DNA of 36,405 bases from a virus (taxonomy: Duplodnaviria > Caudoviricetes), in the IMG/VR virus record IMGVR_UViG_3300005512_000126, positions 1 to 36,405 of that record; one strand, given 5' to 3'. This document shows, one piece after another, positions 15,235 to 24,021 of the stretch; the first letter of the stretch is position 1; each line of letters begins with the position of its first letter. Below the pieces are notes generated by a model. The model was not told the origin of the DNA. It ran no database searches and saw only the letters and a program-made list of their open reading frames with translations. A program made the position numbers and the translations under genes.

Positions 15235-15340
15235 CTTTTCTCAGTTTTAGAAGCTTGATCACCGTGACGGCCAGACCCTCTCCCTTTTCTCAGTTTTAGA
15301 AGCTTAATCACCGTGACGACCAGACCCTCCCTTTTCTCAG
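15235..15340. repeat. 49/47-bp tandem direct repeat (about 2.2 copies)
   Basis: CTTTTCTCAGTTTTAGAAGCTT(G/A)ATCACCGTGACG(G/A)CCAGACCCT.. starting at 15235 and 15284; CTTTTCTCAG recurs at 15331. Confidence 0.9.
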
Positions 15341-15578
15341 CTTAGCGACCTAGTTGAGACAATCGATTTCTGGACACACAGATGTTTGCTCCATATTCGC
15401 TCTATATGGACTTTTCGCGTTCTCGTGAGCTTTCATACTCCCTTCTTTTTAAAATCGAGTACGCAAGCCGTTTTGGAGACCATACAAGCCTTCTCGCTAG
15501 AAAATATAACTCCTGTGGTTCTAAAAGGCTATTTAAGGAAACGCTTAAATAGAAAGGCTAAAAAAAACGAAAAAAGTA

Positions 15579-15607
15579 TTTACTTTTCTGTGTTTCTGCG
15601 TTATGGT
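15579..15607 (+). promoter_or_regulatory. Putative promoter of the morphogenesis operon
   Basis: TTTACT-N17-TATGGT with upstream A-tracts; ATG 15614 follows the -10 after a 6-nt gap. Confidence 0.5.
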
Positions 15608-15613
15608 TTGTAT

Positions 15614-16102
15614 ATGAGTAATATTCACGATCATAAGGTTAACGCCTGCCGCTTCGACTATGAATACTTGGGGAAGTCCCCCGAGGAATTAGCCGCGCAG
15701 TATGAGTTTCCAATCGTCCACCTCAAGGATGAAATAGAGCTGAAAGGGTGGGTCCGCAAAATTGAGCCCACCGATATGCCGGATACCTCGGATATCCAGG
15801 CTTTTGCGGACCAGTTAGAAAAGCTGACGCGATCGAAACTTAGCATAATTTCACTATTTAGGCAGATCGATAATCAATCGTTATACGCAGAAATCGAACG
15901 CTCTCTGTTGAAAAAAATTCTGGAAGTATCAGCTGAAGTAGATGTCACGGATAGCAAAGCGGCTTCTAAGCTGGTCAGTCTCGCTAAAGCCGTACAAAGT
16001 ATACAGGAACGCGAGCCGATTAACTTGGCTGATTCCTTCAAAGATGCTCTTGCTGCCCAAGGCAACGGCGTCGTAGTTAATATAGCCAATGTGGTCCAAT
16101 AA
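15614..16102 (+). CDS. Putative terminase small subunit
   Basis: Directly upstream of TerL and TAATG-coupled to it; N-terminal HTH-like KSPEELAAQYEF...KGWVRK, helical middle, C-terminal beta strand VVVNI. Start reassigned to ATG 15614. Confidence 0.65.
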   Translation: MSNIHDHKVNACRFDYEYLGKSPEELAAQYEFPIVHLKDEIELKGWVRKIEPTDMPDTSDIQAFADQLEKLTRSKLSIISLFRQIDNQSLYAEIERSLLKKILEVSAEVDVTDSKAASKLVSLAKAVQSIQEREPINLADSFKDALAAQGNGVVVNIANVVQ

Positions 16103-17529
16103 TGGCTATTGAATTACCGATCCTCCCGCTACGTAATTACCAGAAGCCCCTCTGGAATTACATGATGAAGGATACCCCTGGATTGCGCGCAGTGACCGTA
16201 TGGCCCCGAAGAAACGGCAAAGACTTAACGGCAGTCAATATACTAGCCGCGAAAGCTCTCAAGCGTAAAGGGCTGTACTTATATATAGCACCATTTGCCA
16301 ACCAGGTGCGATCGATTATTTGGGAAGGCAGCGACGGAACTGGTAAAAGGTTCCGCGATTATATCCCACCAGAGGTGGTGGAGCGTACTCTAGATCAGTC
16401 GATGAAGCTCTGGCTGGTCAACGGATCGCTAATTCAGTTAGTAGGATCGGATAACCCAGATGCGATAGTTGGCACTAACCCCATAGGCTTGATTTTCACT
16501 GAGTTTTCGCTCCATAAACCTGGAGTATGGCAGTTTATGCGGCCAATTCTGGCTGAAAATGGCGGCTGGGCCTTGTTTAACGGTACGCCTCGTGGAATGA
16601 ACCACTTCTACAATATGGCTATGATGGCCAAAGGAAACGACAAGTGGTTCTATGAAAAGCTCACCGCCCGCGATACTGGCTTTCCGACGGTAGAGCAGAT
16701 CGAAGAAGAACGCAAAGATGGAATGCCAGAATCGCTGATCGACCAGGAATTTTACACCAGCTGGACAGCCTCCAGTGAAGAAACGCTGATACCGCTCGGA
16801 AAACTAGAAGCTGCCGTAAATCAGAACCTGTTACCTAGAGACTATAGTTTTGCTCCTAGGATAATAGGCGTTGACCCGGCCTATGCTGAAAATGGTGATC
16901 GAGCGGTTATCATGCGCAGGCAAGGTCGGAAATGGGAAGACCCGGAAGTATATCGCGGTATTGATCCTATGGCCCTGGCCACGAGGGTAGCGGAGCACTT
17001 GAGAGCTTGGAAAGCCCACTACTGTTTCGTGGACGCAGGGCGCGGTGAAGCCGTCTGGTCAAGACTATTTCAGCTAGGCTACCAAGATCGGGTTATACCG
17101 GTAGACTTCGCAGGAAAGACCTACGACCGACTCTGCCATAGGAAAAAGGACGAAATATGGAATCGCATGAAGTCCCATATTTGTCATCCGACTTCTCCGG
17201 CTTGGCTGCCAGAGGATCAGCCTGATTTAATTCGAGACCTCAGCGCCTTGACCTTTGTCATAAACGACAGGGGCAAATTGCAAGTCGAGAGTAAAAGTTC
17301 GCTTAAGAGTCGCGGATTTGCGTCGACAGACTTAGGAGACGCCGCGGCTCTGATGTACTCAGAAGACCTAGACGAAGAACCCATTCTGGCCAAAAGTCTC
17401 CAAGACGAAGGTATTACGCCAGAACTACTTCGTAGAGTGCACGACGACGCCGACAGATCGGCCCGTGAAGCTTATGACCCGCTGGGGTTTATGGAAAATT
17501 ACGAGAGTACGGAGGGGAGTTTCATATGA
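16102..17529 (+). CDS. terL: Terminase large subunit
   Basis: LRNYQ adenine motif, Walker A WPRRNGKD, Walker B LIFTEF, coupling motif GTPRGMNH, QEFY, RNase H-like acidic residues GVDPA, VDAG and STDLGDA. Confidence 0.95.
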   Translation: MAIELPILPLRNYQKPLWNYMMKDTPGLRAVTVWPRRNGKDLTAVNILAAKALKRKGLYLYIAPFANQVRSIIWEGSDGTGKRFRDYIPPEVVERTLDQSMKLWLVNGSLIQLVGSDNPDAIVGTNPIGLIFTEFSLHKPGVWQFMRPILAENGGWALFNGTPRGMNHFYNMAMMAKGNDKWFYEKLTARDTGFPTVEQIEEERKDGMPESLIDQEFYTSWTASSEETLIPLGKLEAAVNQNLLPRDYSFAPRIIGVDPAYAENGDRAVIMRRQGRKWEDPEVYRGIDPMALATRVAEHLRAWKAHYCFVDAGRGEAVWSRLFQLGYQDRVIPVDFAGKTYDRLCHRKKDEIWNRMKSHICHPTSPAWLPEDQPDLIRDLSALTFVINDRGKLQVESKSSLKSRGFASTDLGDAAALMYSEDLDEEPILAKSLQDEGITPELLRRVHDDADRSAREAYDPLGFMENYESTEGSFI

Positions 17530-18092
17530 ATGCGCCATCTCAGACAGCTACATCCTCTACTAAACCGGCACACAATTCTCCTTCTGCATTCTGTGTGACT
17601 CCTCTCCTTACGTTACTTCCTGACCAGGTGCAGTACTATTTCCAGAGAATGTCTTTAGAAGACACTCTTAAGTATAGGTTTAGCGACATAGAAAACCCTC
17701 AGTGGCTAGACGTATTAGAAGTTATTCAGCGCCTAGGCAAGCAGATGTACTTCGTCGAAGAAGAAGGAGAGCTGCTTGGGGAGTTCACCTTAGAGGGGTT
17801 TACAGGGAGGGCAGCACAGTCGCACTTCAGTACCTCCCCGGATATTGACACCAAGAAGCGGATAGCGATAGGCCGATTTGCTGCGGAGTACACACTAACT
17901 AGGGAACGCCCGGATGGCAGTGGCTATTTCTTAGATGCTTTGTACGGCTTGACGCCGCTCGTTAATCGCGCCGCTTGTATATTTGCGCTAAAGATCGGGT
18001 ACAAGAAGCAGGGCATTTTGCCAAGTGGTATTATATATAACGGAAAGCCTACTGACTGTATGATATCAGTATGCACACGGGAGAGTTTCTAA
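17526..18092 (+). CDS. GNAT-fold (RimJ/RimL-like) acyltransferase
   Basis: YFVEEEGELLGEFTL beta hairpin, QSHF strand, and LYGLTPLVNRAACIFALKIGYKKQG matching the N.AA....K.G(F/Y)...G GNAT motif B. Confidence 0.75.
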   Translation: MNAPSQTATSSTKPAHNSPSAFCVTPLLTLLPDQVQYYFQRMSLEDTLKYRFSDIENPQWLDVLEVIQRLGKQMYFVEEEGELLGEFTLEGFTGRAAQSHFSTSPDIDTKKRIAIGRFAAEYTLTRERPDGSGYFLDALYGLTPLVNRAACIFALKIGYKKQGILPSGIIYNGKPTDCMISVCTRESF

Positions 18093-18451
18093 TGGGCGGC
18101 GGCGGTTCAGCAGGCTATAGTTCATCAGGTAAAGGCGGTAGCGGCGGTAAAGGCAATATGGGTACCGTAGAAGCCATTATGAACCCAGTGGGATATGTAA
18201 TACCGGAGACCCGAAAGTGGGACCCTGTTACATCTCTAGTAGCCCCAAAAATAGATAAGGTTCTCGGTACTGAAGCGGGCAACAAGCAATATGAGCAGCA
18301 GTGGAAAGATTATTACGCCCAAAGCGCCAATATAGAAAAAGCCAAAGATCTGTCTCAGTATCATAAAACTGGCCAAACAGCGCAGGCTGAACGTAGGGTT
18401 GCTCCTAAGCCAAAACAAACTACTTCACTTCTAACAGAGGACGACGAATAA
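18092..18451 (+). CDS. Gly-rich N-terminus virion/ejection-type protein 1 (119 aa)
   Basis: TAATG-coupled to the GNAT with a GGGAG RBS; begins MGGGGSAGYSSSGKGG and ends TTSLLTEDDE. Confidence 0.75.
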   Translation: MGGGGSAGYSSSGKGGSGGKGNMGTVEAIMNPVGYVIPETRKWDPVTSLVAPKIDKVLGTEAGNKQYEQQWKDYYAQSANIEKAKDLSQYHKTGQTAQAERRVAPKPKQTTSLLTEDDE

Positions 18452-19146
18452 TGGGTGGCGGTGGAAAAGGAGGGAGTTCAGCTCCACAGTATACTTCAGC
18501 GGATGCCTATAATCTGGGCCGAAGCATGAAGGAAGGCAATAAAGGCATGTCTGGATTTGTCGGATGGACTCCCGACATGGAAGGCTATGACTATGTAGCT
18601 CAGGGCTACCTCGATGCGCATAATGAAAAAGTGGCCATGGAAAACATGAAGATGATGTTTTCTCAAGGCCAAGAAAGCCAAGCTAATGCGTATGCTCAGA
18701 TGCAAGCTGCGCAAGCTGAAGCTATGGAAGAGGCGCGTATTGCGGGTCTTACAAGCAAGCGAGATGCTATGATAGGCGGGTATTTCGATGCGGCCAATTC
18801 CGCGACGACTTACGTGTCTGAGAAAATAGCCCAAGAGAAAGCCAATGCCGCGCTCATGGGGGTGGATTATAGCATGACGGACGAATTGAAGAATGAGCGC
18901 ATATCAAATTACTTCAGTTCACTCTGGTCAGAAGGGAATCAGTCAGAGCTAGAAGCGTCGTTCGGAGAAATTGGGGCTGGAGATTTTGAACAGACTATCT
19001 GGCGAGGCAAAGGCGTAGAGGCTGAAGCCCCAGGGTCAGTAGGCGAGCAGAAAGCTGGGGGCAGCATAACCCCTAAGTCGGCTAAGAAAACCTTAATAGA
19101 CGATGAGGCAGCCCTAGGGGCTAACACATCGATACTAGGAGCATAA
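18451..19146 (+). CDS. Gly-rich N-terminus virion/ejection-type protein 2 (231 aa)
   Basis: TAATG coupling; begins MGGGGKGG and ends NTSILGA. Confidence 0.8.
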   Translation: MGGGGKGGSSAPQYTSADAYNLGRSMKEGNKGMSGFVGWTPDMEGYDYVAQGYLDAHNEKVAMENMKMMFSQGQESQANAYAQMQAAQAEAMEEARIAGLTSKRDAMIGGYFDAANSATTYVSEKIAQEKANAALMGVDYSMTDELKNERISNYFSSLWSEGNQSELEASFGEIGAGDFEQTIWRGKGVEAEAPGSVGEQKAGGSITPKSAKKTLIDDEAALGANTSILGA

Positions 19147-19147
19147 A

Positions 19148-19468
19148 ATGGGCGGAAAAGGTGGAACAGCTCCGCCTCCTGCGGCAGTACCACAGTCAAG
19201 TGGTATGGACATGGGAGCGATGATGGGGCTAATGCAAATGATGATGCAGTCTAATCAACAGCCCATGATGCCTATGAGCGTGCCTCCACCCGAGGTAGCT
19301 ACAGCAGAACCAGTAGATTGGTCAGCTCAAATGGAAGAGCTAGGCAATAAGGCTAAAGCTGAGGAAGCTGCTATAGAACGCAAAGGGCGTATGGATACTA
19401 TACACTCTTCACTTACCGATGAAGACGAAGATACTGAAATGAATACCAGTCTCTTGGGAACCGAATGA
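19148..19468 (+). CDS. Gly-rich N-terminus virion/ejection-type protein 3 (106 aa)
   Basis: AGGAG RBS; begins MGGKGG, contains GR.DTI and ends NTSLLGTE; immediately precedes the portal, as T7 gp6.7/gp7.3 do. Confidence 0.8.
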   Translation: MGGKGGTAPPPAAVPQSSGMDMGAMMGLMQMMMQSNQQPMMPMSVPPPEVATAEPVDWSAQMEELGNKAKAEEAAIERKGRMDTIHSSLTDEDEDTEMNTSLLGTE

Positions 19469-21213
19469 AAAAGGACATAGACATAACTAGTCCAGAGCAC
19501 CCTCTTAGCTATACTAAGGTTATGGCGGCGTACCAAGAAGCTCGTAGTGAGAGAGTCGAATGGGAATCTGACTGGCGTATGATTACGGAGTACCTTACCC
19601 CCGGTCGCGGTATCTACCAGGTGTATTCTAAGCCACGCAAGAGAAGCTTGACGACTAAAAAAGTGATAAATACTATAGGCGAAGACGCCCTATATGTTCT
19701 CACTTCAGGGATGCATTCGGGGTTAACTTCGCCCTCAAGGCCCTGGTTCAAGCTCGACTGGGCAGATGACAATATTAAAGGCTTTGAGCCGTTGAAAGCT
19801 TGGCTTCAAGACTGTGAAAAAAGGCTGAATGCCGCGCTACACCAAAGTAATTTTTATAGTATCATCAATTCGTTCTACATAGAGTACGCCGGGTACGGCA
19901 CCGGAAGTATGTATGTAGGAGAGGATTCTAATACCGATTCTAATCCGTTCCGATTCGAATTGCTAACAGCCGGCGAATATGCCTTTGCTGTAGGAGCGGA
20001 CGGCCGCGCGGAAGTGTTCTTTAGGACTATCATTAAGACTCCTAGACAAGTCGTAGAATCGTATCCCGATAAGGCTAGTAAATCGTGTAAAGATATTGTC
20101 TCGAATAATAAAGCAGGTATAGACGTAGCTAACGTCATATTGGTAGAATATACTGTTCGTAGGCCTCACGGTGTGATGCCATTTACTAAAGTGGTATACG
20201 AAGTGGCCTCTGGTAACTCAGCCAGCAGGGCGGTCCAGAATTCTACTCCTAATGAGCCGTTAGAAGTCCGAGGGTTCTACGAGTTTCCATACCCGATAGC
20301 GCGATGGGGAACCATAGGATCCGATATATATGGTATAGGCCCCGGCTCAAGGGCTATTCCGCATATACGAAGACTTCAGGAGATGGAAAAGTCGTTTCTA
20401 ATGGCCACTCATAAAACCATCGCGCCGCCCTTGAATATACCTGCGCGTATGAGAGGTAAGTCCAATACGATGCCCGGGGGGTTGAACTATTACTCCAACC
20501 CTAATGAAGTTATAACTCCTGTTATGCAAGTTCGTTTCGACTTTCAGGGCGTAAGTGCGGCCATTGAAAGAGTTGAGCAGCGTATACAAAGGAATTTTTT
20601 CAACGATATATTTTTAACGGCATCTCGTGACCCTAATGCTTCTCCGCTTAAGGCCACTCAAGTGAATGTGCAAGAGCAGGAAAAGATGCTGCGGCTTGGA
20701 CCAGTGATCGAAAGGCTGCAGCATGAGTTTTTACAGCCCGTAATCGAGCGCTGTTTTAACATAATGTTACGCAAGGAGCGGTTCCAACCGTTATCGCCAG
20801 AATTAGCTGAGATAGCCGGGGACTATAGTATATCTATGATTAGTCCTTTGGCCACGGCGCAACGCGGAATAGCTATGAACGGGATAAATTCCTTCATGGG
20901 TTTTGTCGGCCAAGCGGCTCAATTCGATCAGACGATATTGGATAATATAAATGTCGATGAAGCAGCCCGGGAAATGGCTGATATTTCAGGAGTAGCTTTG
21001 GGAGTATTAAGGCCTCAATCAGAAGTTGAAGACCTAAGGCGTAAAAGAGCTCAAGCCCAAGCTCAGCAGCAGAAAGCCGAGCAACAAGCTCAAGTAGCTC
21101 AATTACAATCGGGAGTCGATGTACAGGATGCTACTACGCGTAAAACCGCGGCTGAAGCTGGCCAAATAAATATGGAAACTCAGCAATTAGCCCAAGAACT
21201 GGGGATGCTATAA
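19465..21213 (+). CDS. Portal (head-to-tail connector) protein, T7 gp8/BPP-1-like
   Basis: L.SGMHSGLTSPSRPWF, SNFY, GTGSMY, EFPYPIARW....YG.GPG, ATQV...EKM.RLGPV.ERL..EFL.P.I.R.F, ISPLA.AQR. Confidence 0.95.
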   Translation: MKKDIDITSPEHPLSYTKVMAAYQEARSERVEWESDWRMITEYLTPGRGIYQVYSKPRKRSLTTKKVINTIGEDALYVLTSGMHSGLTSPSRPWFKLDWADDNIKGFEPLKAWLQDCEKRLNAALHQSNFYSIINSFYIEYAGYGTGSMYVGEDSNTDSNPFRFELLTAGEYAFAVGADGRAEVFFRTIIKTPRQVVESYPDKASKSCKDIVSNNKAGIDVANVILVEYTVRRPHGVMPFTKVVYEVASGNSASRAVQNSTPNEPLEVRGFYEFPYPIARWGTIGSDIYGIGPGSRAIPHIRRLQEMEKSFLMATHKTIAPPLNIPARMRGKSNTMPGGLNYYSNPNEVITPVMQVRFDFQGVSAAIERVEQRIQRNFFNDIFLTASRDPNASPLKATQVNVQEQEKMLRLGPVIERLQHEFLQPVIERCFNIMLRKERFQPLSPELAEIAGDYSISMISPLATAQRGIAMNGINSFMGFVGQAAQFDQTILDNINVDEAAREMADISGVALGVLRPQSEVEDLRRKRAQAQAQQQKAEQQAQVAQLQSGVDVQDATTRKTAAEAGQINMETQQLAQELGML

Positions 21214-21214
21214 A

Positions 21215-21502
21215 ATGAATCCTTTAGAAATAGAACAGCGTAGGTTAACCCAGGAGTACAAAAAAGAGCGCTCTCTTTTGCTTGCAAAGGCTAAAGAAGT
21301 AACAAAGAGCGCCGCTGGTAAAGACCTGATATGGGAAGTACTAGCTATGTGCGGCCTATACGAATCTACGTTCACTGGGAACTCAGCTGGGGCCTATAAA
21401 GAAGGGCGAAGGTCTATCGGCCTAGAACTTCTAGATTTACTTAACGAAATGGATAGCTCTTTTTATCCTAACCTTTTACTTAAAAAGCAGGAGAAGTTAT
21501 GA
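21215..21502 (+). CDS. Bbp19-like conserved phage protein
   Basis: GKDLIWEVL..CG...STF....AY.EGRRSIGL.L; located right after the portal. Confidence 0.8.
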   Translation: MNPLEIEQRRLTQEYKKERSLLLAKAKEVTKSAAGKDLIWEVLAMCGLYESTFTGNSAGAYKEGRRSIGLELLDLLNEMDSSFYPNLLLKKQEKL

Positions 21503-22104
21503 CAGTAGAAACTCAAGCACCGTCACAGGGAAATGAGACTCCATCTGGTCCCGAACAAACCCCACCTAACCCAGCCCAGGCAGAAGCGCCTGTGGCGCCT
21601 ATATCTGAACCTACTGGAACTCCACCGAGCTCTACGGAAGGCGAGCAGGAAGCCCCTGTCCAACGCGTCGTACCAGCTGCGGACGGTTATCAGTTAGGAG
21701 AAGGAGTACCGGCACAGCTAGGAGAGATATTCAATAAGCTAGATATGACTCAAGAGCAGGCGCAAGGTGTGCTTAAGCTAGACCAAGCACGTAGCGCAGC
21801 AATGGCCAGCGCCTTAAGGACGGCTGGAGAAGCTCACATTAAATCTTGGGGAGAATCTGCTGAAACGAATATTAATTTGGCTAAGCGAGGCATGAACCAC
21901 TTCGACCCTACAGGACAGCTAAAACAGGTTCTTAACGATACAGGATATGGGAACGATCCCAGACTCCTGGAGATGTTCTTTCAATTCGGACGACGAATGG
22001 AAGAAGGCGGATTTCTAAAAAGCGCGGTTAACACCCCCGCCAGTAATCCGAAAGACGTAGCGCATATGTGGTATCCCAAGGATGCCCCTAAAGACAAACA
22101 ATAA
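21499..22104 (+). CDS. Capsid scaffolding protein
   Basis: Pro/Glu-rich disordered N-terminus, MTQEQAQ, WG...N...AKR, TGYGNDPRL..F...G..MEEG; between portal and major capsid. Confidence 0.82.
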   Translation: MTVETQAPSQGNETPSGPEQTPPNPAQAEAPVAPISEPTGTPPSSTEGEQEAPVQRVVPAADGYQLGEGVPAQLGEIFNKLDMTQEQAQGVLKLDQARSAAMASALRTAGEAHIKSWGESAETNINLAKRGMNHFDPTGQLKQVLNDTGYGNDPRLLEMFFQFGRRMEEGGFLKSAVNTPASNPKDVAHMWYPKDAPKDKQ

Positions 22105-22119
22105 TAAAGGATAAACATC

Positions 22120-23145
22120 ATGGCATATGATCCAACAGGGAGCTGGCCTACACTATCAGTTCTCGCAAAACAGCTCGATTCAACCGGTATGCTCGCGCCA
22201 GTCGGCGAACTTCTCAATGAAACCAATCCAATTCTGGATGACATGCCCTTTTATGAGGCCAACCAGACTACTTCCCATACCCACGTAGTTGACGCTACCA
22301 TCCCTGAGGGAACTTGGCGTAAACTTAATTATGGTATCAAGCCTAAGCACGGAACTACTGCCCAGGTATCTGATACCATCGGCCTTCTGGAGCAGCGCTC
22401 AGAATGCGATCTTGTATTGGCCAGAATGTCCCAGGATGTTGCGAAGTTCCGGATGAATGAAGATCGTCGTATTTTGGAAGGACTTAACCAGCAACTGGCC
22501 GAAATGCTGTTCTACGGCGATTCTGTAACTACTCCGGAGGGCTTTCTCGGGCTAGCCCCGCGCTACGATGTGCTTGGGCAACCCGCCAATAAACCTACAG
22601 CGAATACCCAGGGCATGGATCATGTACTGTCTCTTGGGGGTACCACTGCGGATGTTCAGTCCTCCATCTATCTTATAGGCTGGGGCGAGAATTCGGTATT
22701 TGGTATCTATCCCAAGGGCTCACCAGCGGGTCTGGAGCGCCAGGACTTGGGGGAGATTGACTGCCGCGATGCTGACGGTGGCGTATTCCGAGGATTGGCT
22801 ACCCACTATCGCATTCAGCAAGGCCTTGCTGTAAAGGATTGGCGATATATCGTTCGTATCGCTAACGTGGAAGTAGGCGCTATCATTGACGAAGCAGCCA
22901 TTAATAATATTATCGATGCGATGATCGATGCCACCAATGCTATTCCGCATCTTGGGTCTTGTCGGCCTTCGTTTTACATGAATAGGCAGGTACACTCTCG
23001 TTTGGAAAAGGCGATGTATCGTAAGTCTAACATGGCTCTTAACTTGAGCGATGTATACGGAGTCCAGAACCAGCTTAATATTTCTGGAATCCCCCTCAAA
23101 ACCTCAGACGCATTGCTCGCTACCGAAGCAATCGTCACTGCATAA
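22120..23145 (+). CDS. Major capsid protein (BPP-1 Bbp17-like)
   Basis: ELL.ETNPILDDMP..EAN, P.GTWRKLNYG, MLFYGD...PEGF.GL.PRY, SSIYL.GWG...GIYPKGS.AGL, GL.VKDWRY.VRIAN, GIP....DALL.TE. Confidence 0.93.
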   Translation: MAYDPTGSWPTLSVLAKQLDSTGMLAPVGELLNETNPILDDMPFYEANQTTSHTHVVDATIPEGTWRKLNYGIKPKHGTTAQVSDTIGLLEQRSECDLVLARMSQDVAKFRMNEDRRILEGLNQQLAEMLFYGDSVTTPEGFLGLAPRYDVLGQPANKPTANTQGMDHVLSLGGTTADVQSSIYLIGWGENSVFGIYPKGSPAGLERQDLGEIDCRDADGGVFRGLATHYRIQQGLAVKDWRYIVRIANVEVGAIIDEAAINNIIDAMIDATNAIPHLGSCRPSFYMNRQVHSRLEKAMYRKSNMALNLSDVYGVQNQLNISGIPLKTSDALLATEAIVTA

Positions 23146-23156
23146 GGAGATATATC

Positions 23157-23447
23157 ATGGCTATTCTTGACCATCAATTGGCTGTAGCAACTACAGTTGC
23201 TGTAGACCTTGGAGTATCTGGTGCGGGCCGCCAAATAGTTCTTCAGATGAAGGGCATTACTACTACGGCTACCGTAACCACCTGCGATACTGAAGGGGGT
23301 GCCTATGTGGCGCTGTGTGTATTCAGTTGTTTGACCGCTCCAGTAATGGAAGCCCGGTTGCCCAGTACTACTAAGCAATTTATTAAAGTCGCCTTTGCTG
23401 ACGGCACCGTAGATATCATTCTGGATTCTTCTCAGACTAACGGGTAA
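23157..23447 (+). CDS. Putative capsid cement/decoration protein (Bbp16-like)
   Basis: AAGGAG RBS; directly follows the major capsid gene; beta-rich, MAILD...VDLG. Confidence 0.65.
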   Translation: MAILDHQLAVATTVAVDLGVSGAGRQIVLQMKGITTTATVTTCDTEGGAYVALCVFSCLTAPVMEARLPSTTKQFIKVAFADGTVDIILDSSQTNG

Positions 23448-23455
23448 CCCATAAT

Positions 23456-23479
23456 GCTCTCCTCTCGAGGGAGGAGAGC
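23456..23479 (+). other. GC-rich stem-loop after the capsid genes
   Basis: GCTCTCCTC-TCGAGG-GAGGAGAGC with no U-tract; immediately before the next RBS. Confidence 0.65.
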
Positions 23480-23492
23480 GCAGGAGTAAAGC

Positions 23493-23693
23493 ATGGACAA
23501 AGTAACGATAGCGAATATAAAGCTCAGGGATGACTATCTGGGGCTTTCTGTAGCTAATAAAGCCCTGGTTGACACCGCGTTAGTCGCTATAGCAGCAGCC
23601 ATAGCGGGCAGCGTAGTGACGGATAAGGACGGTCAGCAGGACAATATCTGCTCACTATTTTTAGAAGCGGTTAATCAACAGGTGGTAGCATAA
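23493..23693 (+). CDS. Hypothetical protein (66 aa)
   Basis: AGGAG RBS; TAATG coupling to the next gene. Confidence 0.75.
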   Translation: MDKVTIANIKLRDDYLGLSVANKALVDTALVAIAAAIAGSVVTDKDGQQDNICSLFLEAVNQQVVA

Positions 23694-24016
23694 TGAAATG
23701 TACATGTAAGCGTAAATGTTTTTCTAAAGACCCGGTATCCGGGCGGAATAAAATATTCTCAGTAGGAGAAGTAGTAGACTTCGAGAAGTGCCCTCCGCAT
23801 TTTGTAGTCCTGGATAGCGCAAGCATTAACTTTGCTACTGCGTCGGAAGAGGAGTTGCTGAGCGCTAAATGGTCTTTAGCGGAGGCCAAAGAGGCTATGC
23901 AAGAGGCTTTTAACTTCAAAATCACAGCTAAAAATAAAGAGGCTATTGTAGCCCAAATTCTTGACGCCCGAGATCGATATATTGGCGAAGAGGCTTTACC
24001 TCCTAAGGCTGAGTAA
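23693..24016 (+). CDS. Hypothetical protein (107 aa), possible C-terminal HeH/LEM-like motif
   Basis: Cys-containing N-terminus; WSLAEAKEAM...KNKEAIVAQIL. Confidence 0.75.
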   Translation: MKCTCKRKCFSKDPVSGRNKIFSVGEVVDFEKCPPHFVVLDSASINFATASEEELLSAKWSLAEAKEAMQEAFNFKITAKNKEAIVAQILDARDRYIGEEALPPKAE

Positions 24017-24021
24017 TTACC

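Noticed and set aside
14004-15340. CRISPR or mini-CRISPR array, given the Cas4-like nuclease in the window
   Set aside because: The repeats are contiguous tandem units with no unique spacers; the only spaced pair has a 13-nt gap. DUF2800 is a routine part of APSE-like replication modules.
13540-15610. tRNA genes or att sites in the control region
   Set aside because: No cloverleaf, T-loop (GTTCRA) arm or tRNA 3'-end fragment could be identified by eye.
15386-15613. 76-aa N-terminal extension of the TerS candidate
   Set aside because: TTG start with no RBS; it runs through A-tracts and a promoter-like sequence.
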